Below, one piece after another: positions 30,135 through 39,364 of a stretch of 64,000 bases of DNA. The stretch is from an uncultured Candidatus Binatia bacterium (GTDB lineage: Bacteria > Desulfobacterota > Binatia > UBA9968 > CAXXLF01): contig OZ244621.1 of the NCBI GenBank assembly GCA_965218425.1, positions 3,680,001 to 3,744,000 on the forward strand, written 5' to 3'. The translations under genes were made by a program, and so were the position numbers. The stretch's first letter is position 1. Each line of letters begins with the position of its first letter. Below the pieces are notes generated by a model. It did not search any database and was not told the DNA's origin. It saw nothing but the letters and a program-made list of their open reading frames with translations.

Positions 30135-30751
30135 ACGGACTTCCAGTACCCCTCGAACGGCTCATCCAAGAGCTGAGCAAGCTTCCTGGAATCGGCGAGA
30201 AGACGGCGGGTCGCTTGGCCTTTCATATGCTCAAGGCCGCCAAGGGCGAGGTCATGGCCTTGGCCGAGAGTATCGGCAAGCTGAAGAACGAAATTTCTCT
30301 CTGTGGCACCTGTTTTGGTCTTAGCGAAGTGACGCCGGGGGCAAATGATGACATAGGATGTAAGGTTTGCCGGGATCCACGCCGGGACAAAGGGCAGGTT
30401 TGCGTGGTGGAGGAACCGGTGGATATGATGGCTGTGGAAAGGTCAGGGGAGTTTAAAGGGGTCTATCACGTGCTTCACGGCGCGATTGCTCCTTTGGACG
30501 GTATGGGACCCGAGTCGCTGCGAATCGAAGATCTCTTGGTTCGGATCAAGGCCTCGGAGATTCAAGAAGTTATTCTGGCTACCAATCCAACGGTTTCGGG
30601 AGAAGCAACCGCGCTCTACTTGGCCAAGGTAATCAAGCCAATTGGAATCAAGGTCAGTCGAATCGCTCGAGGCCTGCCCATGGGTGGTGAGTTGGAGTAT
30701 ACGGATGCGGTGACTCTGGGCAAGGCCCTTGAAGGACGAAGGGAAATTTAA
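30131..30751 (+). CDS. recR: Recombination mediator RecR
   Basis: LPGIGEKTA, C4 zinc finger, YHVLHG, ILATNPT, RIARGLP. Confidence 0.97.
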   Translation: MNGLPVPLERLIQELSKLPGIGEKTAGRLAFHMLKAAKGEVMALAESIGKLKNEISLCGTCFGLSEVTPGANDDIGCKVCRDPRRDKGQVCVVEEPVDMMAVERSGEFKGVYHVLHGAIAPLDGMGPESLRIEDLLVRIKASEIQEVILATNPTVSGEATALYLAKVIKPIGIKVSRIARGLPMGGELEYTDAVTLGKALEGRREI

Positions 30752-30914
30752 ATACTCATGTTTAAGACTGGGCGCCGGCAAATTTTCTTACTGGCACGGA
30801 GTTTCCCGGGTGCTCGTTCCATTAAGATGGTGGTATAAAACTCTGTAGTTATTTTAATGATATAGCTCTGGTTTATTATGTATAAGATTAGAAAATTAGA
30901 AAAGGGGGAGGGTT

Positions 30915-31211
30915 GTGCGTAAGCTGTCATTGCTTGTGTCGGTGGGCTTATTCCTTGCCGGTTGTGCTTTTTCCGGAAAACAATTATCCGAAGCCAAGGT
31001 TAAGGATATTCAACCGAACGTGACCACCAGGGAACAGATCCTCACTACCTTTGGGAAACCCGGCCGAAAGGGGAGCGATAGCGGTTTTGAGACATGGAGG
31101 TACAGTTACCGTAACTTCGTTGGAGGAGGTTGGGCCAACCGAGACCTCTACCTCATTTTCAACCCGGATGGTACGGTACAAAAATATTCCTATACCTCCA
31201 ACCAAAATTGA
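30915..31211 (+). CDS. SmpA/OmlA (BamE-like) lipoprotein
   Basis: Lipobox LAGC, TTREQILTTFGKP, WRY, FNPDGTV. Confidence 0.7.
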   Translation: MRKLSLLVSVGLFLAGCAFSGKQLSEAKVKDIQPNVTTREQILTTFGKPGRKGSDSGFETWRYSYRNFVGGGWANRDLYLIFNPDGTVQKYSYTSNQN

Positions 31212-31277
31212 ATTCATGGGAAAGGGGCGCCCTGTGTTCGGTGAGGTCTATTCAACAGCGAGGGAGGGGGGTTTCAA

Positions 31278-31472
31278 TCAAATTGAAGACGTGGTCAAAG
31301 GTGATTTCGTTAATGGTTTTTTAGATCTTACCTCTCCGAATTCGTTTACGATCACGGCCACACGGTGGTTGTGCTCGGAAGTCAATATACGGTTTAGCAG
31401 AGTGGTTTTTCCGGCACCCAGAAAGCCGGTTAGGATCGTGACGGGTGTCCGCGTCTGCAATGGATCTCCCAT
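31278..31472 (-). pseudogene. Truncated CobW/COG0523 GTPase
   Basis: [21 protein letters not shown]...[10 protein letters not shown], then similarity is lost before the GCxCC motif. Confidence 0.8.
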
Positions 31473-31482
31473 AAAGCTGGAC

Positions 31483-32628
31483 TCAACGGGCAAGGGCGTT
31501 GTTGGGTAAATGAACAAAACCATCCATGAGCAGGCGTGCGGTTCGCGCCAGAGCGGCCTTTGAAAGTTTTAGCTCACCGTTGGCCTGTTCCATCTCGATT
31601 TCCACCTGAATGGTGCCCGAGGGATGGCCGATCCTAACGTCGGGCGGGTTGCTTGGCTGGATTTTTTTAAAAATCTCATTTACCAGGGTTCCCTCAATCT
31701 TGGCGGCGGCCCCAAGGCAAACGGCTCCAGTAACGGCGTAGGCCTTGTGCAGTTTTTGCAGGGCGGTCATCCTGGCAACGATGTCCACTTCCGATTCTTT
31801 AATGGGTCCTTTGGGTGTTTGGTATTGCATCGGGGGAGAGACCAGTGCGATCTTTGGCACTCCAGGGCTCGTGCGGGTGGCGTCCTCTTTTCTTGCGATC
31901 CCCATAATCTCGGCCACCACCGACCGAATCTCTTCACAATGATCGAGCAATTTGACGTCGCCGGCCACTTCTTCCATGGTCTCGTTTCCTTTAAGCTCCA
32001 GGTCCTGGGCCCTGACGAAGACGAACGGGTTCGCTGCATCCACCATGGAGACCACAAGGGTACCAAGGGTAGGAAACTTGATCTCTTCCCTGACCTTACC
32101 CGTGGGCAAGAGCTTTCCCGTCACCGAGCCGCCTGAATCGATGAAATCAAGAAGGATCTTGGAACCGGATCCCGGTACCCCGTCAATTTTGAAATCTCCT
32201 TCACTCAGGAACTCTCCGTTGCGAACGGTAAATTCTGCCACGATCACCTTTTTTGTGTTGGTATTGTAGATGCGGACCTTAGTGATGGGCTCTTTGGGCT
32301 TCACCAGACCGCGCATCAGCGCAAAGGGACCCACAGCGGCGGAGCTATTTCCGCAGTTGCCGGTGTAATCGATGACTGGTGTGGCAATTCCAACATAACC
32401 GAAGGTATAATTGATATCCGTGTCAGGCATGGTAGGTGGGCCAATGTAGGCCACTTTGCTGGTGAGAGGGTCGGCACCGCCCAATCCGTCAATCTGACGG
32501 ATGTCTGGGCTACCAAAGGCGGAGAGGACCACCTGGTCTCTCTGTTTTGGATCCTGAGGCAAGTCATCCTCCAGGAAGAAAACAGGTTTGCTGGTTCCGC
32601 CCCGATACATGGAGCAGGGTAGTTTCAT
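31483..32628 (-). CDS. PrpF-family isomerase (methylitaconate isomerase / oxalomesaconate tautomerase-like)
   Basis: [35 protein letters not shown]. Confidence 0.92.
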   Translation of the reverse strand: MKLPCSMYRGGTSKPVFFLEDDLPQDPKQRDQVVLSAFGSPDIRQIDGLGGADPLTSKVAYIGPPTMPDTDINYTFGYVGIATPVIDYTGNCGNSSAAVGPFALMRGLVKPKEPITKVRIYNTNTKKVIVAEFTVRNGEFLSEGDFKIDGVPGSGSKILLDFIDSGGSVTGKLLPTGKVREEIKFPTLGTLVVSMVDAANPFVFVRAQDLELKGNETMEEVAGDVKLLDHCEEIRSVVAEIMGIARKEDATRTSPGVPKIALVSPPMQYQTPKGPIKESEVDIVARMTALQKLHKAYAVTGAVCLGAAAKIEGTLVNEIFKKIQPSNPPDVRIGHPSGTIQVEIEMEQANGELKLSKAALARTARLLMDGFVHLPNNALAR

Positions 32629-32674
32629 GATGTCTCCTTCGAGACTAATTTTATATTCTTTTAGAGACTAGCTT

Positions 32675-34960
32675 TCATTTCCGTTGCTTAATGGCCCGGT
32701 AAACCCTTTCGGGGGTCAGGGGAAGGTCGTGGATCCTGACACCCAGGGCTCTGGCCACCGCGTTGCCTATGGCTGCAGGTGTGGGAGCCAGGCCGGGCTC
32801 ACCTAATCCCTTGGCCCCATAGGGGCCCTCCGGTTCTGCATGTTCCACGATAATGGGGATCATCTCCGGCAGGTCCAAAGACGTTACCAGGTGATAATCC
32901 AAAAATGAGGAGTTGCGGGCTTTTCCACCATGGTCAACCATGAGCTCCTCATACAACGCGGATCCGATCCCCATGGCGAGACCTCCCTCGATCTGCGCCG
33001 CGCAGTTCAATGGATTGATGGCTTTGCCAACGTCGTGGGCAGCCGCCATGCGGAGAAGCCGTACTCTCCCTGTTTCCTCGTCAACGGCCACCTCGGCCGC
33101 TTGGGTGGCGTACATGTAGAAGGCCGAGGCGTGATCGCTGTGTCCTGTTTCAAGATCGAGATCTTTTCCTAACGTATAAGTGTAGGATCCTTCTCCCTTG
33201 ACCATACCATCGGTTCCCAGTTTTCGTCGGATCACGTCTCCCATGGGTAGACTCATACGAGGTTGGTCTTTGATGGATACATTGCCGTCGGAAAACACCA
33301 GATCCTTTTCCTGGGCCTCGAGCATTGGAGCGGCCATCTCTGCCAATTGCTCTCGCACATGAATCGCAGCCTGCTTTACTGCGTTACCCATATGGTAGGT
33401 GCTTCGACTGGAGGTGGTGGAGGCGTCGAAGGGAATCACATCCGTGTCGAGGGGCGCCATGCGGATTTTTTCCATGGGAACCTCCAGTTCCTCGGCCGCC
33501 ACCTGGGATAGAATAGTATTACATCCTTGACCGATCTCCACCGTCCCTGCCCGAATAGTGACCTCTCCCTTTCCGTTGATTAACACCGCAGCGGTGGATG
33601 TGCTTGGAGTACGTGTGGGCTTGGAAATACACGCGAGACCGAGGCCCACCTTGTTCGACCGCCGTTTGTCCCAGCCCACGGCGTCGGCTGCCTTGAGTAA
33701 AGTTTCTTTTAACCCTACACTGTGGAGGCGCTCTCCCCAATAGGATACATCGCCATCCACAAAGACGTTTCTCAAGCGAATCTCCATGGGATCCATTCCC
33801 AAACGCATGGCCAGTTCATCCATATGTTGCTCACAGGCCCATGCACCCTGGGGGATTCCATACCCCCTAAAGGCCCCCGCCACCGGTTTATTGGTGTAGA
33901 CTGCATAGCCGTCCACCCTTACGTTTGCTATGCGATAAGGACCGGGGGCAGGCAGGCTGCCCCGGATGCAGACCGTAGCGCTCTTTTCCCCGTAGGCCCC
34001 GGCTCCCCAGTAAATGGTCATCTGTCGAGCCACCAGTTGCCCGTTGTTCATAACTCCGCTTTTGATGTAAACAACGGCCTCGTGACGGGTGAGGGTTGAG
34101 ACGAAGGTTTCCTGACGGTCGAACTTCACCCTTACAGGCCTCCCGTTGGTATGGTAGGCCAGAGCAATGGCAACGGGCTCCACTTTGAGCCCACCTTTCG
34201 AGCCAAAACCACCTCCCTGGAGGGGATTGATCAGCCGAATCTTTTCTTTGGGTATCTCCAGGGCCTCTGTGAGTTCAGTCATCGCACGAAAGGGTGCATC
34301 GTTGGCCACCCAGACGGTGAGGTTGCCGGTGGTGGGATCCACCTGGGCATGGGCGGAATGGGGCTCCATGGCGGCGTGCTGAATCACCGGGACCGTGTAA
34401 CGTTCCTCTAGAACCAAGTCAGCGGCGCGGAACCCTTGTTCCACGTCACCGGTCCTGAGCTTGAAGTGCTCGCAGACGTTTGGGAGTGGGGCGCCCACCA
34501 CAAAGTCAGCCTTGCGGTAAGCGTCAAAGTCTTCATGGATGGCCACGGCATCGGCCTTACAGGCTTCCTCGGGCGAGAAATAGGCCGGGAGATCTTCATA
34601 GTCCACTTGAATTAGTCCCACGGCCTTCTGGGCTGTATCCTCATCCACGGCGGCCACCGCAGCAACCGGTTCCCCGACATGGCGGACTTTTCCTCGGGCC
34701 AAAAAGGGCTGGTCTTTGATGGATTCCCCGTGGGTCCATGGAAAGTCTTCCCCTGTGATGACCGTGACCACACCGGGTATCCGCCTGGCCTCGTGAGTAT
34801 CGATTCTCTTGATCTTGGCGTGGGGCCGCGGGCTGAAAACGACTTTGCCATGGAGCATGTTTGGCAGGACCAGATCATACCCGTACACTGCTCCGCCGGT
34901 CACTTTTTCCTCAACGTCAACGCGCCCCACGGGCTGACCCACGACACTGAGCTCGGACAT
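32675..34960 (-). CDS. Xanthine dehydrogenase-family molybdopterin large subunit
   Basis: KVTG, HAAMEP, GGGFGSK, AFRGYG, EIGQG, QIEGG, KGLGEPG; ATG 34960 inferred. Confidence 0.92.
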   Translation of the reverse strand: MSELSVVGQPVGRVDVEEKVTGGAVYGYDLVLPNMLHGKVVFSPRPHAKIKRIDTHEARRIPGVVTVITGEDFPWTHGESIKDQPFLARGKVRHVGEPVAAVAAVDEDTAQKAVGLIQVDYEDLPAYFSPEEACKADAVAIHEDFDAYRKADFVVGAPLPNVCEHFKLRTGDVEQGFRAADLVLEERYTVPVIQHAAMEPHSAHAQVDPTTGNLTVWVANDAPFRAMTELTEALEIPKEKIRLINPLQGGGFGSKGGLKVEPVAIALAYHTNGRPVRVKFDRQETFVSTLTRHEAVVYIKSGVMNNGQLVARQMTIYWGAGAYGEKSATVCIRGSLPAPGPYRIANVRVDGYAVYTNKPVAGAFRGYGIPQGAWACEQHMDELAMRLGMDPMEIRLRNVFVDGDVSYWGERLHSVGLKETLLKAADAVGWDKRRSNKVGLGLACISKPTRTPSTSTAAVLINGKGEVTIRAGTVEIGQGCNTILSQVAAEELEVPMEKIRMAPLDTDVIPFDASTTSSRSTYHMGNAVKQAAIHVREQLAEMAAPMLEAQEKDLVFSDGNVSIKDQPRMSLPMGDVIRRKLGTDGMVKGEGSYTYTLGKDLDLETGHSDHASAFYMYATQAAEVAVDEETGRVRLLRMAAAHDVGKAINPLNCAAQIEGGLAMGIGSALYEELMVDHGGKARNSSFLDYHLVTSLDLPEMIPIIVEHAEPEGPYGAKGLGEPGLAPTPAAIGNAVARALGVRIHDLPLTPERVYRAIKQRK

Positions 34961-34961
34961 C

Positions 34962-35444
34962 CTATTCCTTTCCGCCTTCTCGAAGCTCCTTGGCGGCATC
35001 TTTGACTGCCAGGACAATTTTTGCGTAACCGGTGCAGCGGCAGAGGTTTCCCGACAGGGCAAACCGGATCTCTTCGTCGGTGGGATTCAAATTTTCGTCC
35101 AATAACGATTTCACCATCATCAACATGCCGGAAGTACAGTATCCGCATTGGACCCCGCCGTCTTGAATGAATGCCTTTTGAACTGGGTGAAGCTCGGAGC
35201 CTACCTTTAATCCTTCGACGGTTACCAGCTCGGCCCCGTCAATTTCTCCAGACAGCACTAGGCAAGAATTCACCGGCTTGCCGTTTAGCAAGACGGTACA
35301 GGCGCCGCAGTCGCCGGTACCGCAGCCCTCCTTGGTCCCCGTGAGGCCAATTTCATCACGCAGCAGATCCAACAGGAGCCTGTGGGACGGTGCCTCCAGG
35401 AAGGTTTTGTTACCGTTTAGTAGAAACGACAATTGTTTCTTCAT
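34962..35444 (-). CDS. XDH-family 2x[2Fe-2S] small subunit
   Basis: GCGTGDCGAC...SC, QCGYC, NLCRCTGY. Confidence 0.95.
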   Translation of the reverse strand: MKKQLSFLLNGNKTFLEAPSHRLLLDLLRDEIGLTGTKEGCGTGDCGACTVLLNGKPVNSCLVLSGEIDGAELVTVEGLKVGSELHPVQKAFIQDGGVQCGYCTSGMLMMVKSLLDENLNPTDEEIRFALSGNLCRCTGYAKIVLAVKDAAKELREGGKE

Positions 35445-35450
35445 CTCGAT

Positions 35451-36386
35451 CTAGTATCTTCTATCCCTCCTCTGCGTCCAAGGGATGGAACCCTTTCGTC
35501 CGGCGGCTGCATTGAGCAGCGCCCGTTTGGTATTAACCCGTACCATCTCCCTCCGATAATCCGCTGAAGCGCGAACGTCGCTAATGGGCCTGCACTCCAT
35601 GGATGCCTCGTGGCCGGCCTGATTCGCCAGCTCCTCGGTCAAGACCTGCCCTGAAAGGGTGGACTCTGCTTTTCTTGCCCTCATGGGAGTGGGTGAGACG
35701 GCTCCAAGAGCGATGCGAACCTGTTCAACCCTTTTCTCTTTTTCACCGAGGATTAGGGTAACCGCGACCCCGATAGTCGCAAGGTCCATCATCTCTCTTG
35801 GTGAGAATTTGATGTATTCCCCCACCAGTCCTGACCCGACGGGAGGGATAAAGATTTCCACTAGGATTTCTCCTGGTTCCATTGCGGTTTCGCCCGGCCC
35901 GCGAAAGAAGTGCTCCAGATCTATTACCCGCTCCCCCGATTTTCCCGCCACTGTGGCCTTGGCCTCGAGGGCCAATAGGGCCGGGGCCACATCCGCCGAA
36001 GGAGTGGCGTTGGCCATGTTTCCACCAATGGTGGCCCGGTTTCTGATCTGGATAGACCCAACCTCTGCGGCACTTTGCGCCAAAAAGGGAAATCGTCTTC
36101 CAATGATGGGAGAGGTTTCCACCTGTCGCATGGTGGTCAAGGCGCCAATTGAGATACCTCCATGGGCTTGTTCTTGTATGTTTGCCAGAGAGGGAATTCT
36201 TTTTAGATCCACTATATACTTTGGGGCCAGCCCTTTTTCTTTGATGGCGATAATGAGGTCGGTCCCTCCGGCGAGGAAATGCCCTCCGGGGCCTCTGTCC
36301 CGAAGGATCTCACCGGCTTCTTTAACCGAGCTTGGTTGAAATATTTCCAGAGTTTCTGGTCGCCTCATAATCCGGTTGATAGTCAA
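35451..36386 (-). CDS. XDH-family FAD-binding medium subunit
   Basis: AGGTDL, IRNRATIGGN, SAD, DVRASADYR. Confidence 0.93.
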   Translation of the reverse strand: MTINRIMRRPETLEIFQPSSVKEAGEILRDRGPGGHFLAGGTDLIIAIKEKGLAPKYIVDLKRIPSLANIQEQAHGGISIGALTTMRQVETSPIIGRRFPFLAQSAAEVGSIQIRNRATIGGNMANATPSADVAPALLALEAKATVAGKSGERVIDLEHFFRGPGETAMEPGEILVEIFIPPVGSGLVGEYIKFSPREMMDLATIGVAVTLILGEKEKRVEQVRIALGAVSPTPMRARKAESTLSGQVLTEELANQAGHEASMECRPISDVRASADYRREMVRVNTKRALLNAAAGRKGSIPWTQRRDRRY

Positions 36387-36467
36387 TCGTTAAAAGTTAC
36401 TGGTATATTAATTATACGTATTAAACCCCGTGCCTTTTTCCAATTGCCCATCGCGATTAACGATTAG

Positions 36468-37841
36468 CTATTCCGGCTTGGGTTTGACCATGCGCCCGAT
36501 GGGTTTCCCCACCACCTGACCGTCCCGCATTTGGACATGGCCGCGCACCACTGTGCACACGGGAATCCCCTTAACCTTCCAACCATGCCAGGGGGAGGGT
36601 TTGTTTTTGCTGTGGAGTCTGTTGACGTCGATGATGCTTTCCTTATCCATGTCGACGATGGTGATATCCCCATCCGAGCCTACCTTGATGGCGCCTTTTT
36701 GCGGGTAGATTTGCCAAACCTTCGCGGGGTTCTCCGATGTTAGTTTGACGTACTGGTTCAAGGTCATTCGCCCTTTGTTGACCTCGGTTAGGATCAGGCT
36801 GGGACCGGTTTCCACGCCACAAAACCCGGAGATGCATTCCCAGATGGTGGGCTTCAGCAACTTGCCGTTCAAGTCCGAGCCCTTTTCTTCCCATGTATGT
36901 GGGGAATGATCCGTTGCAATCATGTCCACGTAGCCGTTCAAAAGCCCATCCCACAAAACCTCTCCATGGTCTTTGTCCCGTACCGGCGGATTCATCTTTA
37001 ACAGGGAACCCACCTTTGCCATTTCCTTGGACTCTCTGAGAAGGTAGTGGGGACCCGTCTCGGCGGTTACCCTCAGCCCCCTTGCCTTGGCGTCGCGCAC
37101 GATCCATGCCGCCTGCTTGGAGCTCATATGGAGGACGTGCAGCTTGGTGCCGTAGGTTTCAGCGAAGAACAGGGCATGGGCAACGGACTCGGCTTCACAA
37201 ATGCTCGGTCGAGAGGACTCCCAGTAGATGGGGTCGTTTTTTCCCTCGGCCTTTAGTTTGTTCAAGTTGTAGTACATGATCTGTCGATTTTCCGCGTGAA
37301 TACTTAGGGGCAGCTTGGTTTGGGTGATTTTTTGGAAGACCTCGGTGCAAACACCATCATCAGGGAAGGGGAGATTGCCAATGGTCTCGCCGAAAAAGAT
37401 CTTGAATCCCAAAGCTCCGATCTTTGCCATGGGGAGTATCTGGTCCGCATTGGTCTGAACCACCACCCCTAATATGCTGAAATCCACCAGTGATTTTTCT
37501 TCAGCCAGTCGCTGCTTTTCCTCCACGTGTTCAGGGCCGGTGACGGGTGGATTGGTGTTGGGCATGTCCACCACCATGACCACTCCTCCGCACACCGCTG
37601 CTGTGGAACCAGTACCGAAGTCTTCTTTATAGGTAAGCCCCGGTTCCCTGAAGTGGACATGGGCGTCAATAATCCCCGGGAGGATATGATTTCCCTTGGC
37701 ATCGATCTCTTCCTCACCTTGGGGGAGGGTGTCGTCGGGGCCGATGGAGACGAATTTCTCGTCTTGAATCGCGACTCCGCCCTTGAAAGTATGCTCGGGA
37801 GTCACCACCCGGCCATTCTTAATTACCAAGTCTGCGCTCAT
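36468..37841 (-). CDS. Cyclic amidohydrolase (allantoinase/dihydroorotase-like)
   Basis: DAHVHFREPG, DMPNT, FKIF, HAEN, KMNPP, ATDHSPH, GSDGD. Confidence 0.9.
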   Translation of the reverse strand: MSADLVIKNGRVVTPEHTFKGGVAIQDEKFVSIGPDDTLPQGEEEIDAKGNHILPGIIDAHVHFREPGLTYKEDFGTGSTAAVCGGVVMVVDMPNTNPPVTGPEHVEEKQRLAEEKSLVDFSILGVVVQTNADQILPMAKIGALGFKIFFGETIGNLPFPDDGVCTEVFQKITQTKLPLSIHAENRQIMYYNLNKLKAEGKNDPIYWESSRPSICEAESVAHALFFAETYGTKLHVLHMSSKQAAWIVRDAKARGLRVTAETGPHYLLRESKEMAKVGSLLKMNPPVRDKDHGEVLWDGLLNGYVDMIATDHSPHTWEEKGSDLNGKLLKPTIWECISGFCGVETGPSLILTEVNKGRMTLNQYVKLTSENPAKVWQIYPQKGAIKVGSDGDITIVDMDKESIIDVNRLHSKNKPSPWHGWKVKGIPVCTVVRGHVQMRDGQVVGKPIGRMVKPKPE

Positions 37842-38108
37842 TACCCCTCCTCAGAAGATTCGTGCAGGCAGGGATTCCGTTGCCAGATTCCTTGTTTTTG
37901 CCGTTTGAACGGGGTAAGTCATTTAGGGTATGCCAATGCCGAGAAAGCTCATGCAAGATCATTACTTAATCTATCCTATCCTTGTCAAATTTGAAACTAG
38001 GGCTTGAAATGTTAAAGGGTTCTGTGGAAAGATAATCCCCGCCCGGATCCGAGGTAGGGACTATCTCTATTGATTTGAGCGGTTATTTAGCTAAGCGGAG
38101 GAGAAACC

Positions 38109-39257
38109 ATGGCCGATGCAAGATGCATGGTTCGAATTGACGGACTGGAGAAGTTTTTTGGTGAAGACAGGGAGAGGGTTCATGTGCTGAAGGGTGTCTC
38201 TCTGGATATTCCAGAGGGATCGCTTTATACTCTGCTGGGACCCAGCGGTTGTGGTAAGACCACCACACTGAGGTGTGTGGCTGGGTTGGAGCGGCCGGAT
38301 ATGGGGAATATCAGCATCGATGAAAAAATGGTTTTTAATTCTGTGGATCGTACCTATGTTCCGCCTAATCATCGGCCCATCGGAATGGTTTTTCAATCCT
38401 ACGCCATTTGGCCCCACATGACGGTGTTTCAGAACGTGGCCTACCCATTGACCATTCAACATCGCCCTAAACCAGAAATTAAAAAGCGAGTGGAAGAGGT
38501 GCTGAAAGTCGTGGGGCTGCACGGATTGGAAGATCGACCTGCGCCAAAACTGTCCGGTGGACAGCAGCAGCGAGTGGCTTTTGCCCGGGCCCTAGTGAAC
38601 GAGCCCAAGGTCATGCTCCTGGACGAACCCTTGAGTAACCTGGATGCAAAGCTGAGAGAACAGATGCGTTACGAAATCAAGGATCTCCAACGAAGGGTTA
38701 ACATCACCACCATCTATGTGACCCACGATCAAGCCGAAGCACTCGCCATATCGGATCAAATCGCCGTAATGCACGGCGGAAAACTCATCGAGGTGGGAGC
38801 GCCACACCGCCTCTATTCGCGACCGGAGAGAAAATTCACTGCAACCTTCTTGGGCCTTACCAACCTAATTGGTGGTCGAGTGGTGGAGTTGGGTGGGGAT
38901 AGCAAGTTGGGACGGATGGAGACCAATAAGGGAATGATCTCATTTATTCCTTCCAGCCAACTGGAGAAGGGCCAGCCGGCCGTAATATCCATCCGCCCGG
39001 AGCACATCCAGGTCCATAAAGAAAAACCTCAGGGACTTGATAATATGGTGGAAGGGCTGGTTAAAGACTCGGTGTTCATGGGAGATGCCTATCATTGTCA
39101 GGTGGCGGTTCAGGACCAGTTGTTGCGGGTTCACACCCACCCCTTTCTCAGCATGTCTGCGGGCGAGAAAGTCTATCTCCAGCTGGATCCCCAGAGTTGC
39201 AACGGCTTGCCTGCCGAGGATACCGAAGGAATGGATGATTCGATGTTAGGAGCGTGA
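38109..39257 (+). CDS. ABC transporter ATP-binding subunit (PotA/FbpC-like, TOBE domain)
   Basis: GPSGCGKT, LSGGQQQR, LLDEP, VTHD, IRPE. Confidence 0.93.
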   Translation: MADARCMVRIDGLEKFFGEDRERVHVLKGVSLDIPEGSLYTLLGPSGCGKTTTLRCVAGLERPDMGNISIDEKMVFNSVDRTYVPPNHRPIGMVFQSYAIWPHMTVFQNVAYPLTIQHRPKPEIKKRVEEVLKVVGLHGLEDRPAPKLSGGQQQRVAFARALVNEPKVMLLDEPLSNLDAKLREQMRYEIKDLQRRVNITTIYVTHDQAEALAISDQIAVMHGGKLIEVGAPHRLYSRPERKFTATFLGLTNLIGGRVVELGGDSKLGRMETNKGMISFIPSSQLEKGQPAVISIRPEHIQVHKEKPQGLDNMVEGLVKDSVFMGDAYHCQVAVQDQLLRVHTHPFLSMSAGEKVYLQLDPQSCNGLPAEDTEGMDDSMLGA

Positions 39258-39350
39258 AATTCGTTATCCGTATAACGGTATATTCGATTGCCGGGGTATT
39301 CCTGATAAAATGATACGAATAACGAAAAACGACTAGACGAATAACGAATA
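39257..39350. repeat. Degenerate heptamer tandem repeats in inverted arrangement (ttattcg/cgaataa)
   Basis: aattcgttatccg ... acgaataacgaaaaacgactagacgaataacgaataa; same family at 50825-50886. Confidence 0.65.
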
Positions 39351-39364
39351 ATGGGAGATCAAAT

